Of a stretch of 64,000 nt of DNA, positions 15,005-35,339 are shown in pieces. The DNA is taken from assembly GCF_009914755.1 (NCBI RefSeq), contig NC_060933.1, one strand, 5' to 3'. Each line of letters starts with the position of its first letter. Position 1 is the stretch's first letter. The translations under genes were made by a program, and so were the position numbers. The stretch comes from the human T2T-CHM13v2.0 reference genome, Homo sapiens. Under the pieces are notes generated by a model. That model was not told the origin of the DNA and made no database searches. It worked only from the letters and a program-made list of their open reading frames with translations.

Positions 15005-16695
15005 TCTTTAATCTATTTTGAAATGAGTTTTGTGTATAGTAAGATAAGGGTCTAATTTCATTCTTTTGCATGTGGCTATCCAGGTTTCCCAGCACTATTT
15101 ATTAGATTATCCTTTCTCCAATGTGTGCTCTTGGCACCTGTTTTTTGAAAATCAGTTGGCTGTAAAAGCATGGATTTATTTCTGGGCTATTTTGTTCCAT
15201 TGTTTTATTTGCTTTTATTGCCAGTACCATGGTGTTTTGGTTAATACAGCTTTGTAGTATATTTTGAAGTCAGGTAGTGTAATTCCACTAACTTTGTTAT
15301 TTTTGTTCAAGATTGCTTTGGCTATTTGAGGTCCTCTGTGGTTCAGTATGAATTTTAGGCTTGTGTTTTCCACTGCTGTGAGGCATATCATTGGTATTTT
15401 GGTAGGGATTACATTGGATCTGTAGATCACTTTGGGTCATATGGACAATTTAACAGTATTAATTTTTCCAATCTATAAACATGGGATATCTTTCCATGTA
15501 TTTGTGTTTTCTTCATTTTATTACTGTTTCATAGTTTTCATTGTAGTGATCTTTTACTTCTTCAATTAAATTTTTTGTTCTTTGGGTTTTTTTATAGCTA
15601 TTAATAAGTGGGATTGTTTTGTTGATTTCTTTTTTCAGCTAATTCACTATTAGTGTATAGAGGCATTACTGGTTTTTGTATATTGATTTTGTATTCTACA
15701 ACTTTACTGAATTATTTTGTTCTACCACTTTTTTGGTGGCATCTTTAGGGTTTCTATATGTAAGATTGTGTTACCTGCAAATAGTGTTAATTTGACTTCT
15801 CCTTTCCAATTAATTTGGATATTTTTATTCTTTTTTTTTTCTTGCCTAATTGCTCTGGCTAGGATTTCCAGTACTGCGTTGAATAAAAGTGGTGAAAGAT
15901 AGTATCCTTGTCTTATTCCAGATTAGAGGAAAAGATTTCAACTTTTCCTTATTCAGTAGTGTTAGCTATGGGTTTGTCATATATGGCTTTTATTGTGTTG
16001 AGTTACATTCTTTCTATTCTTAATTTGTTAAGAGTTGTTGTCAAGAATAGATGTTGAGTTTTGTCAAATGCTTTTTCTGCCTCTCCTGAAATGATCATGG
16101 GGTTTTTGCCTTTTATTCTGTTAATGTAATATATCACATTTATTGATTTGTCTGTGCTGAACCATCCTTGCATTCCTGGGATCAGTCCTACTTGATCATG
16201 ATGAATTGTTGAATTTGGTTTGCTACCATTTTGTTGAGGACTTTTGCATCTGTGTTCATCAGGTATTTATTTTTGTGAATGTTGACGTCTAGTTGTTTGA
16301 ATACTATTCATTGCAAAGACTGTCTTTTCTCTGTTGTACTTCCTTTCCTTGTTTGTTAAAGATCAGTTGGGATATATTTGTGTGTGTCTATTTCTGGGCT
16401 CTCTATTCTGTTCCATTGATTGATTTGTTTATTATTTTGTTAATACCACACTTTCTTGACTACTTTAGCTTTATAGTAAGTCTTGAAGTCAGGTAATGCC
16501 GGTCTTCCAACATTGTCTTCTCCAGTATTAAGTTGCTAGTCTTGGTCTTTTGCCTCTCTGTATCAACTTTAGAGTGACTTTGTTGATAGCCAGAAAATAA
16601 ATTGCTGGGAATTTGATTGAGATTGTATTAAATCTGTATATCAAGTTGGGAAGAACTGACATATTGTGACAGTATTGAGTCTTTGTATTCATTAA

Positions 16696-17031
<336 letters not shown>

Positions 17032-17139
17032 TGTCTCCATTTATTTAGCTCTTCTTTGGTATCTTTCATTAGTGTTTTGTAACTTTTTTCTATAGATAAA
17101 CGTATTCTGTTACATAGTTTTTTAAAAATGCTTTTTACA

Positions 17140-17988
<849 letters not shown>

Positions 17989-18416
17989 TGCAAATGTGTT
18001 TATAATGACAAATTCCACTTTTTTATTGCTGGTATATAGAAAATTTATTGACTTTTGTATATTAATCTTGGATCCTGTAACCTTGCTATAGTTACTTATT
18101 CTAGGAGGATTTTTGGGTCAATTCTGTCAAATTTTCTACATAGATGATCACATTATCTATGAGTAAAGACAGTTTTATTTATTCCTTCCCAATCTCTTTA
18201 CCTTTTATTCCTTTTTGTGGTCTTATTGAATTAGCTGGGACTTCCACTATTCTGTTGAAAAGCTGCTGTGAGTGGAGACATCCTTCCCTTGTTCCTGATC
18301 TTAGCAGGAAAGCGTTGAGCTGTAGGTTTCTCATAGATCTTCTTTATCACGTTGAAAAAATTTCTTTCTATTCCCGAGAGGTTTTTTTAAAATCATGAAT
18401 GAGTGTTGTTCTGTAG

Positions 18417-18806
<390 letters not shown>

Positions 18807-19001
18807 TGATTTTTCTGTAGCCTGTTGATGTGATGGATTATATTAATTGAGTTTTGAATGCCGAACCAGGCTTGTATTTCTGGGGTATATCGTATTTGGT
18901 TATGGTGTTTAATTTTTTTTAATACCTTGTTGGATTTGATTTGCTAATATTTTGTTGAGAGGTTTTATATCTATGTTCATAAGAGATGTTGATCTGTAGT
19001 G

Positions 19002-19305
19002 TTTTTTTGTTTTTGGTTTTGAGACAGAGTCTCGCTTTGTCACCTAGGCTGGAGTGCAGTGTTGTTGTGATCTCGGCTCACTGCAAGCTCTGCCTCCCAG
19101 GTTCACGCTATTCTCCTGCCTCAGCCTCCTGAGTAGCTGGGACTACAGGCGCCTGCCACCACGCCCAGCTAATTTTTTTGTATTTTTAGTAGAAACGGGG
19201 TTTCACTGTGTTAGCCAGGATGGTCTCCATCTCCTAACCTTGTGATCCGCCCACCATGGCCTCCCAAAGTGCTGGGATTACAGGCATGAGCCACCGCGCC
19301 TGGCC
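19002..19305 (-). mobile_element. AluY-like
   Basis: AluY diagnostics; TGTAGT direct flanks. Confidence 0.88.
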
Positions 19306-19718
19306 TGTAGTTTTCTTTTCATGTAATATCCTTTTCTGATTTTGGTATTAAGGGAATGCTGGACTCAAAATTAGGAAGTACTCCTGCTTCTATCTTGTGG
19401 AAGGCTTTGTAAAGAATTGGTGTAATTTCTCCCTTAAACGTTTGGTAGACTTCACCTATGAACACATTTAGTCCTGGTTCTTTCTGTTTTGGATGATTAT
19501 TAATTATTAATTCAGTTTCTTTAATAATACAGGCGTAGGTTTAGGTCTTTGTTTTGGTTGATATGCTTGCAATGTTGAAAGCCGATAGTTTAATATCAAT
19601 ATTGTCTTTTATTTTACTGTAAAAATACTTTGAATACTCTGTTATCTTAAATTTTATTTGTGTATTTTTATGAGATATTGATAAAAAATACAACTTTTTT
19701 TTTTTTTTAATCACACAG

Positions 19719-19826
19719 CCTAGTGTGTTAATTGTAACCTACAAGGAGCCTGCAAAATCATCTACTCAGTTTGGATCCTACAAGCAAGCTGAATGGAGGC
19801 CAGATAGTACCATGATAGCTGTATCA
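19719..19826 (+). CDS. RIC1: RIC1 internal coding exon (probably exon 2), 108 nt, phase 0-0
   Basis: Polypyrimidine tract and CACAG acceptor (AG 19717-19718), GTAAGT donor at 19827. Translates openly to [36 protein letters not shown], recognised as the N-terminal region of RIC1 (RAB6A GEF subunit). Exon number is from memory. Confidence 0.95.
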
Positions 19827-19952
19827 GTAAGTAGATTTTACCGCTAAATAGTGTTTTCTTATGAAATCATTACATCGCATTTAAATTTGATTCTCTTAGA
19901 TGACTTTCTTTCAGTCTTTTGCACTCATAAGTATTTATTTTATTCTGATAGG

Positions 19953-20248
19953 AATTGCTTTACTGATTATTCTATGTGGATTACTCCTACTATAGCTTTT
20001 CTTCTGACTCTGCTACTTCCTTAACAAAGCACCTATATCCCTAAACATAGCACCTGTATCCTTTTCTGTTTGTTGTTCTCACTTTACTGTTTTGCCCTTG
20101 AAGTCTAACTGCTTTACTAATTATTCTGTGCGTGTTACTCCTACTATAGCTTCTGTTTTGACTCTGCTGCTTCCTTCCATCCCTAAACATAGCACCTATA
20201 TCCTTTTCTGTTTGTTGTTCTCACTTTACTGTTTTGTCCTTGAAGTCT
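19953..20248 (+). repeat. Two-copy tandem duplication (154 bp and 142 bp units)
   Basis: Units 19953-20106 and 20107-20248 both read TGCTTTACT...TTACTCCTACTATAGCTT...ATCCTTTTCTGTTTGTTGTTCTCACTTTACTGTTTTG...CCTTGAAGTCT. Confidence 0.92.
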
Positions 20249-20529
20249 TATCTAGTTTTTTAAAACATATTCACATGATATTCTTGAATTTATATTTAAA
20301 TTCCTCCCTTCCATTCCAAAAGATATTCCAGAAAATAATAAGCTTTATGTGCATATGTTATACTAAAATTTCCATATCCATTTGGATCTGTTTCTCCTTT
20401 TTTTCTTCTGTTCTATTAAACGTGCCTAGATATGTTTAATTTTACCTTTTCAGTTCATGTTTCATCACTGTCTAAGGCTGTCATTATGACTTAATATGCA
20501 TTAGCAGTAATATATGTGGTTAATTAACA

Positions 20530-20720
20530 TTATTGAGCACCTCCTATCCGATGAGTACAATTGTAATCAGTTTACATGGATCATCCCATTTAATCTTTAG
20601 ATAAGTGCTTTGAAGTAGATATTATTATCCTTCATAATGGATGTGTAAATTGAGGATCTGAAAAATTGTCTTATCCAAGGTTACATGCGTAGTGTATATT
20701 AGAGAGATAAGGTATAAACT
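20530..20720 (-). mobile_element. MIR fragment
   Basis: Degenerate MIR core (GTAGATATTATTATCC...AAATTGAGG...CCAAGGTTACA). Confidence 0.6.
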
Positions 20721-20874
20721 TAGCTACTCAGCTTCCATTTACTATATCCTTATATCTAATTTATCTCTTTGCGTTGGTCCCTTTCTAGTCCATACTGTAT
20801 ATAACACTGACTAGGTTAATAATCTGAAATGTTCATATGATGAAAAATACTGAGTAGTTCTACGCTTCCTATAG

Positions 20875-22250
20875 CAGGAGTTTGCAGATGACTGACCATG
20901 TACCAAATATGCCCTGGTGCCTGTTTGTACACAGACCATAATGTAAGAATAGTTTTTACATATTTAAATAATCAAAACAAGTCAAAGAAGAATATTTGCT
21001 ACAGTTGAAAATTATGTGATACTTAAATTTCAGTGTCCATAACTAAAATTTTACTGGGGCACGAAAATCCTCACTGATTTATGTATTGTCTGTAACTTCT
21101 TTCAAGCTACAATAGCAGATTGAGTTGAAGTTCTTACAGCAAGTGTATGTGGTGCTCTCATTGCTTTGCTCTTCTGTTCAATGCACTGTGTAGTAACACA
21201 GTTGTAACTTCATAACATTTCAAGTGTACACATATTGCCATTCTGTGACATTTTATATTATTTTTATTCTAGTACATACTCATGTCAAAAGAACCAAAGA
21301 AGACAAAAAGACTTTGTTTTGTTTTTAAAGCACACTGTAGTGTGGTTTCTTTTATTATTGAATTAGATGGCAAAATATTGTATTTATTATTCAATGGCAC
21401 TATAGCTATGCCAAAAGAATATAAGCTGACATCACTAGACTAAGCACTTATCAGAATGTACTGAAGGTTAAGTTAGAAGAATTAAAAAATTTAGCACAGA
21501 ACAGCTCACCACAAAATTCCTTCACAAAAATAAAATATGAAAATGAAAGTGCAGTAAAAGTAAGTTTGCTTAGTTTTTGATAAATTGACAGATGTTATAA
21601 TACTGCTCAGTTGTAAATTTCAGTGGTCCATGTGAAGTATGAATTGACTAAGAATTACTGTGAATGACCTGCAGAACAATTCCAGATGAAAAAAATTCTC
21701 AAAGGAGTTGAGAAAATACTAATTCAGTACAACCCGAAGTAGAATCTAAGAAGTTGTATTAATTGATAGTAGTAAAAATCCACATGGAGCAGCAAAAGAC
21801 TTAGTTGGACAGATTTACAAAGTTTGTGAAAATATAAGACTTTTAAAACCTATGGTTAGTGTAAGTTTTTTCAGAGATGGAAGCAGGAATATCTTGAATT
21901 GCCCTCCTCCACAGCTGTTATGGCTTGGGTAGTGATAAAAGTTTATTGGAAAGTTTTTTTGTTTTTTTTTTAACCGAGACTGACTTTTTTTTTTTTCTTT
22001 ACTTGAAGGACCACCATCTACCACTTAACAGACACTAAATAACTTTGGAAAATAGCTTTTGCTGTATTAGAAAATGTTTTCAAATATGAATTATGTAAAA
22101 TGTCATTAAGGACCAGCATTAATAGATGAAAATTTGCACTCAGTTTTGATGATAGGGAAAAGTACTTTAAACCCCAATTTACCAAAAAGGTTATTTCCAC
22201 AAAAAGAATCTAATTCTCATTAGTGGATGTATATTACCAAAAAAAGTTGT
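20875..22250 (+). mobile_element. hAT-Charlie fossil (MER58/Cheshire-like) with decayed transposase sequence
   Basis: MER58-like left end (AAGAATAGTTTTTACA, AAATTTCAGTGTCCATAA), followed by A-rich transposase-like remnants from ~21282 with no intact ORF. Confidence 0.65.
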
Positions 22251-22494
22251 ACTTTATGTTAAATGTTACAGTACAATATGTTAAAGAACTATTCTTTTCC
22301 CATTGAACGGTCTTGGTAGTCTTGTTGAAAATCAATTGGCCATTGGTATTTGGGGTTATTTCTGGATGCTCCATTCTGTTTCATTGTTATATATGTCTGT
22401 CCTTATTCCAGTACCACAGTTTTTAAATTACTGTGGCTTTGTAGTAACTTTTGAAATCAGGAAGTGGAATCCTCCAATTTTATTGTTGTATTTC

Positions 22495-22623
22495 AGGATA
22501 TAAGTCATGTCAACCCATTGTCAACCCATTGTAAGTTGAAAATACCATAAGTAAAAAATTTAACAGCCCCAAACATCCATCATAATGTCGTAAGTTGAAC
22601 CATCATAAGTTCAGTATCATCTA
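22495..22623 (+). mobile_element. Tigger4/MER46-like fragment
   Basis: AACCCATTGTAAGTTGAAAATA ... GTAAGTTGAACCATCATAAGTT motifs. Confidence 0.6.
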
Positions 22624-22980
22624 TAGTTTTGACTATTCTGAGCCAGTCCCTAAGATGCTATATGACTGTTTGAACTGGTTTTCTATTTCTGTAAAAAATA
22701 CCATTGGGAATTTGGTAGAGACTGCATTGAATCTGTAGTTCTCTTTGGGAAGCATTAATTTAAGTCTTCCAGCCTATGAACATGCAATGTCTTATCAATT
22801 ATTTAGACCTTCAATTTCTGTAAGGAGTGTTTTCTGGTGTTCAGTATGCAAGTCTTTTTCCTGCTTCATTAAATTTATTTTTAAGTTTTAAATTTCTTTT
22901 TGATGCTATTGTAAATGGAATTGTTTTTAAGTTTCCTTTTCAGTTGTTCATTCCAAGTGTGTAGACATATATCTGATTTT

Positions 22981-29397
<6,417 letters not shown>

Positions 29398-30169
29398 ATA
29401 TATGTGATTTTTGTGTATTGATTTTATATCCTACGACTTTGCTAACTTTATTAGCTCTAATAATTTTTGTGTGCATTATTTATACATCTCTGTGGTCTGA
29501 TTTGGATGCCTTTATCTCGTTTTCTTGTTTAATTGCTCTTGGTGGAACTTTCAATACTATGTTGAATTAAGTGGTAAAAGTGGGTATCCTTATCTTGTTC
29601 TTGTTCTAGCGGGAAGGCTTTCAGTCTGTCACCATTGAGTATAATGTTGGCTTTAGGTTTTTCATATATGGTCTTTATTATGTTGAGGTTATTTACTTCT
29701 GTTCTTAGTTTCTGGCATGCTTTTATTGTTAAAGGTGTTAAATTTTGTCAAATGCTCTCTTTGCGTCAATTGAGAAATGTGGATTTTTTCTTCATCCTGT
29801 TAATGTAGTGTATTTCATTGATTGATTTTCCTGCATTGAATCATCCTTGCATTCAGTGAATGAATCCCACTTTGTCACGATGTATGAAGTATTTGCTGAG
29901 GACTTTTGCATCTGTATTCACACAATATATTGATTTATAGTTCTCAAGTCAGTTTTGGTAGATTGTATGTTTTTAGAACTTTGTCAGTTTCATCTGGCTT
30001 GTCTGATTTGTTGGAATACAACTCTTTATTGTATTCTCATAATCTCTGTTATTTATGCAAAATTACTGGTAATGTTCTTTCTGATTTTTGTGATTTGAAT
30101 CATCTCCCTTTTTTCTTAACTTACCTAGAGGTTTATCAGTTTTGTTGATTTTTCAAAGAGTCAACTTTT

Positions 30170-30458
30170 GGCTGGATGTGATGGCTCATGTCTGTAATCC
30201 CAGCACTTTGGGAAGCTGAGGCGGGAGGATTGCTTGAGGCAGGGAGTTACAGGGGAGCCTGGGCGACATAGCGAAATGCCATCGCTACAAAAAATAAACT
30301 TAGCCAGGTGAGTTGGCACATGATTGTAGTCCTAGCTGCTCAGGAGGGTGAGTCAGGAGGATCACCTGTGCCCAGGAGTTCAAGGTTACCATGAGTTTTG
30401 ATCTTGTCACAGCACTCCAGCCTGGGCAATAGAGCAAGACTCCGTATCAGGAAAAAAA
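30170..30458 (+). mobile_element. AluJ
   Basis: Full dimer, diverged, short A tail. Confidence 0.88.
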
Positions 30459-30631
30459 CAATTTTTGTTAAAGTGTATTTTCTTTATTGTTTTTCCATTC
30501 TCTTTTTATTTTGCTCTAACTTTTATTATTTCCTTTCTTCTGCTAGCTTCGGGATTACTTTGCTCTTTGTTATTTAGTTATTTTATGTGCACATTTAGGT
30601 TATTTATTTGAAATGTCCCTCCACCGCCACC

Positions 30632-30930
30632 TTTTTTTTTTTTTTTTTTGAGACAGCTTCCTGTTTTGTTGCCCAGGCTGAAATGCAGTGGCATGATCAT
30701 AGCTCACTGCAGTCTTGATTTCCTGGGCTTAAGTAATCCTCTCCCTCAGCCTCCCTAGTAGCTGGGACCATAGGCACGCACCACCACGCCTGGCTGATTT
30801 TGTTTAATTTTTGTAGAGATATGATCTCACTACGTTGGCCAGGCTGGTCTCAAACTCCTAGGCTCAAGCGATCATCCTGCCTTGGCCTGTCAAGTGCTGG
30901 GATTACAGGCATGAGCCACCGCACTGGGCC
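30632..30930 (-). mobile_element. AluJ
   Basis: Full reverse-complement dimer with T tail. Confidence 0.88.
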
Positions 30931-30959
30931 TGAGATGTGCCTTTTTAAGTGTGGATGTC

Positions 30960-31431
30960 TACTGTTCCAACCTCTGCCAGTTACCCAGCTCCAAAGTTGC
31001 TTCCACATTTTTGGGTATCTTTATAGCAGCACCCCACTCTCTGCAGTACCAATTTACTGTATTAGTTCTTTCTCATGCTGCTATAAAGAACTGCCCAAGA
31101 CTGGGTAATTTATAAAGGAAAGAGGTTTAATTGACTTACAGTTCTACATGGCTGGGGAGGCCTCAGGAAAATTACAATCATGGCAGCAGGGGAAACAAAC
31201 ATGTCCCTCTTCACGTGGTGGCAGGAGAGAAGTGCTGAGCAGAGGGAGAAAAGCCACCTATTAAAGTACCATCAGATCTCGTAAGAACTCACTCATTATC
31301 ACGAGAACACCGTGAGGGTACCACCTCTGTGATTCAATTACCTCCCACCAGGTCCCTCCCATGACACATGGGGATTATGGGAACTACAATTCAAGATGAA
31401 ATTTGGTTGGGGACACAGCCAAACCATATCA
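30960..31431 (-). mobile_element. THE1 (MaLR) LTR 31058-31431 plus ~100 bp of internal sequence
   Basis: Revcomp begins TGATATGGTTTGGCTGTGTCCCC and ends ...CTAATACA, followed by THE1-int start GTAAATTGGTAC. Confidence 0.88.
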
Positions 31432-32339
31432 CTGAGGAACCCTTATATTTGATAAGCTGCTTCTCTGTTAATGTTTTCAAAATTCTGTCTTTTGGTTTCA
31501 GCAGTTTGATTCTAGTGTGTCTCAGTGTGGGTCTCTGAGTTTATCCTTTTTGGAGTTTCTTGGATTTGTATATTCACGGATTTCATTAAGGCTCCTGACA
31601 TTTTCAACCATTTCTCTTTCCTCCATACTTCTATTCCTATATTATGTATGTTGTTGTGATTAATGGTGCCCCACAGGTCCCCCAGACTCTGCTTATTTTT
31701 CTTTATTCTTCTTTTTGCTCCTTAGATTGCATAATTTCAAATGTCTTATTTTCAAGTACATTTATCTTTTCCGTCTGCTCAAATTTGCTATTGAATTTCT
31801 GTAGTGAATTTTTCATTTTAGTTACTGTACTTTTTATCTTCAGAATTTTTTCAGTTCCTTTAAAAAAAATTTTCCCTTTTATCGATATTCTCATTTTGTT
31901 TAGACATTGTTTTCTTGATTTTCTTTAGTTTTTTTGCCCATGGTCTCCTTTAGCTCATTGAACATATTTAAGAGTGTTGATTTAATGTCTCAGATTAATA
32001 ATTCAAATGTCTGGGCTTCCTTAGGGATGGTTTCTGCCATATTCTTTATTTTCTATGACTGGGCCATACTTTTCTGTTTCTTTTTATGTGTTGTAATTTT
32101 TCATTGAGAACTGGACTGAGTATTATGTTGTGGTGACTTTGGAAATCTAATTCTCCTAGCCCTCAGAGATTGCTGGGGTTCTGCTCCTTGATTACTGAAG
32201 AGTTCCTTTTATGATTTTTTGAAACTCTTTTTGCATAGTATGTATTTCTTCTGATGGGTGGTCTCTGAAGTTTCTCTTTTGTTTTCTCTGTTGCCAGCCA
32301 GTCATGTAAGATTTCCTTATCCTACTCCCAAGAGAGGGG

Positions 32340-32680
32340 AGATTTTGGTGCACCCATCACCCAAGCAGTGTACACTGTGTACCCAATTTGTAGTCTTTTA
32401 TCCCTCACCCGCCTCCCACCCTTTTCCCTGAGTCCCCAAAGTCCATTGTATCATTATTATGTCTTTGTGTTCTCACAGCTTAGCTCCCAATTATGAGTGA
32501 GAACGTAGGATGTTTGGTTTTCCATTCCTGAATTACTTCACTTAGAATAATAGTCTTCAATTCCATCCAGGTTGCTGCAAATGCCATTATTTTGCTCCTT
32601 TTTGTGACTGAGTAGTATTCGATGGTGTATATATATACCACATTTTCTTTATCCACTTGTTGATTGATGGGCATTTGATT
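32340..32680 (-). mobile_element. L1PB-type 3' fragment
   Basis: GATTTTGGTGCACCCATCACCCAAGCAG 3' UTR and ORF2 C-terminus (FAATWMELKTIILSE). Confidence 0.75.
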
Positions 32681-32735
32681 GTCATCTTGCCCATATGACA
32701 TCAAAATTCAGCAGATGTCTTGAGGGTAAAATTGG

Positions 32736-33168
32736 TGTTAAAGAAAAAATTATCGAATAATACTTGTTGAAACACAGTAAGGAAAACTTTTTTGGGGACT
32801 ATCGCAGTATATATAGGGAACACTGCAGTGGGTTCTTGCAGTGGGAAAGAGAGATTGGGCTCACTTCTTCAGCATGGGCAAGTGGGAATTTATAGCCAAG
32901 GAGCAGTGTGGGAGTCAATGGATAGAAAATTAATAAGAGGAAACATCAGGGGTAATGGGGATTCTGGCTAAAACAACAGGATTCTTGCTGAAGACAGACC
33001 AGGGTGATCAGACATCACTTAGGGGAGATTGGAGGATGAGCCACCTAATCAGATATCAAGTGTGGGGGTCTTGCTAAACTGGATTTTATAAGGAAATGCA
33101 CAGATGGACCTAAGAGAAGAAGGTTCAGGAGCCTGACTAAAGTTTGACTAAGCACAGAATCTTTGTCA
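32736..33168 (-). mobile_element. MER31 solo LTR
   Basis: TG...CA termini; revcomp begins TGACAAAGATTCTG...AAACTTTAGTCAGGCTCCTGAACC; flanks TTGG / CTGG. Confidence 0.8.
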
Positions 33169-33800
33169 CTGGTTATGTGTTTGAGGCACATCAGGTCTCC
33201 AATTAGTATGGATACCTGTGCATCTCACAAATACAGGAAATTTTACTTTGCCTGTATGAAGTTTGCTTTCGAGCCCTTGAGCCCCTTCTGCAGCTTCTAA
33301 GTTCAGCAGATGTCTTGTGGGAAAAATTGGCTGTGGAGTTGAGGCATTTCAAGTCTGATTATTTCTTCAACCCTATGTAACTGCCAAGAGCTTTGCTGAT
33401 TTTTCTTTGCTCCAGCAGGCGTCTGCCTGAACTAAGTCTGCTGCTTTCTTAGCCTGTGCCCAGAATTGGTGAATGCTCTTAGGGGAAAAAAAATCAGCTT
33501 GCTTCTGAACAGCCCTCCTACTATGAATTTTAATCAGTCTAGGCCTTATTGATTCCATAGCTTGCCTGATGCCTTTAAAAATATAATTTTTTATGTTTTC
33601 TGCCTTTTTCTAGCTGTTGGGAGAGTTGGTCTGCCATGACCTACTTATTGTATATTACTGTGCAGTAGAATTCTTAACCATGTAATATAAAATTGCCTTA
33701 ATACTCCTTTTATGATTTTTTGAGTCATTTCATTTTTATATATAAAATCCAAAGCATTATATAAAGATGGAATGAGCCCAGATATATCCATTAAAACTAT

Positions 33801-34297
33801 TGTAACTGCCCAACAGTTTCGTTTTGCCTGCTGCCTGAATACAATTGATTTATCAAGACAGAGGAATTGCAATAGAGAAAGTTTAATTCATGAAGAGCTG
33901 GCTGAACAGAAGCGCCATAGTTTTATTATTCAAATAAGTCTTCCCCAATATTTGGAGGCTAGGGTTTTTCAAGGATAGTTTGGTGGGGCAGGGAATGGGT
34001 GCTGCTGATTGGTTAGGGAGGCAGTCAGAGGTGTGGAAAATGGTCTTCATGTCGAGTCCACTTCTGAGTAGGACCACAGGACCAGGACCAGTTGGTGGGT
34101 CCACGTGGAGCCCTCCGCCGTCAGAAATGCAAAAACCTGAGAAGGTATCTGAAAAGGCCAATCTTAGGTTCTACAGTAGTGATGTTACCTGCAGGAGTAA
34201 TTGGGGAAGTTGCAAATCTTGTGACCTCTGGAATAATGACTGGTAATTGTTTACATTTACACTTTAGCAGAATTCAGGCTCCTCTCCTCCTCCTAAT
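33801..34297 (-). mobile_element. LTR8-family LTR, 3' part
   Basis: Revcomp ends GGGCAGTTACA and contains CCAATCAGCAGCACCCATTCCC and GAGGTCACAAGATTTGCAACTTCCCC. Confidence 0.85.
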
Positions 34298-34376
34298 GTC
34301 TTGCTAAACAGATGATACAAAAATATCAGTGACCTTTCTAAACTATTACCAAATAATACAGAGATGGCTCTCTGTA

Positions 34377-34704
34377 TTATTTATTTTATTATTATTATTT
34401 TTATTTTTTTTTTTTTGAGACGGCATCTTGCTCTGTCACCCAGACTGGAGTGGAGTGGCGCAGCGCAATCTCTGCTCACTGCAACCTCCGCCTCCCAGGT
34501 TCAAGCAGTTCTCCCTGCCTTACCCTCCCAAGTAGTTGGGATTACAGGTGCTCGCCACCAGGCCCAACTAATTTTTGTATTCTTAGTAGCGACAGGGTTT
34601 TGCCATGTTGGCCAGGCTGGTCTCTAACTCCTGACCTCAGGTGACCCGCCTGCCCCGGCCTCCCGAAGTGTTGGGATTATGGGCATGAGTCACTGCACCC
34701 AGCC
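34377..34704 (-). mobile_element. AluS
   Basis: Full dimer; TGTATTATTT direct flanks. Confidence 0.9.
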
Positions 34705-35339
34705 TGTATTATTTTATATCATAATGAAAGAAATGAAAATAAAAAAGAACCTGTTTTGCAGGCAGAGGCTACAAAAACTTTGAACAACTAGTAGAAATGG
34801 TTTAAGTTAATTTCTAAATTCTGAGAAGATAGAAGGACTAAGCCCCCATTCCTAACTCCTCTCCTCTTCTCAGGAGTATAAACATGAGCCTAAAGTCAGA
34901 ATCATCAAGATATCAAGTTCTTTAGGGAAAGAATAGGTGCTGAAGGACCAGGCAGAGGGAAAGGTTTGCTTTGCCACTCCTTAAGGCACTGAGACAGGAT
35001 CTGAGATTTCACAGTTCTCTAAGTGAGCTTAAAAAAGTGGAATCCTGTGGTTTCCCTTCAGAAAAGGGAGGAATGTGTCTGCTCCTGGAAGTGGACATTA
35101 GCAGGGCTTCCCATAAAACTCTGTTAACTGCTGCGGACTTAGAGTAGAGGTTGCACAGGTGAACTCAGTTGCTGCCACACCTCATGGTCTGAGGAAGCCG
35201 GCCCTTCTACTCAGAGACAGTGCCTGAGAGGAGACTGCTGAAGCCTCAGCTCAGCAGTATGTGAGCTTGTCTGCCTCTGCAAACTGTCACTTTATCCAGC
35301 ATCTGTAGGTTTGCATTGCCAGATACCCACATCAAAGCC

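Noticed and set aside
21282-22200. Possible domesticated hAT transposase
   Set aside because: Heavily frameshifted; no ORF on the coding strand.
32707-33330. Direct repeat TTCAGCAGATGTCTTG...AAAATTGG at ~32707 and ~33302
   Set aside because: Probably repeated units of an old L1 5' UTR; it does not bound the MER31 as a TSD.
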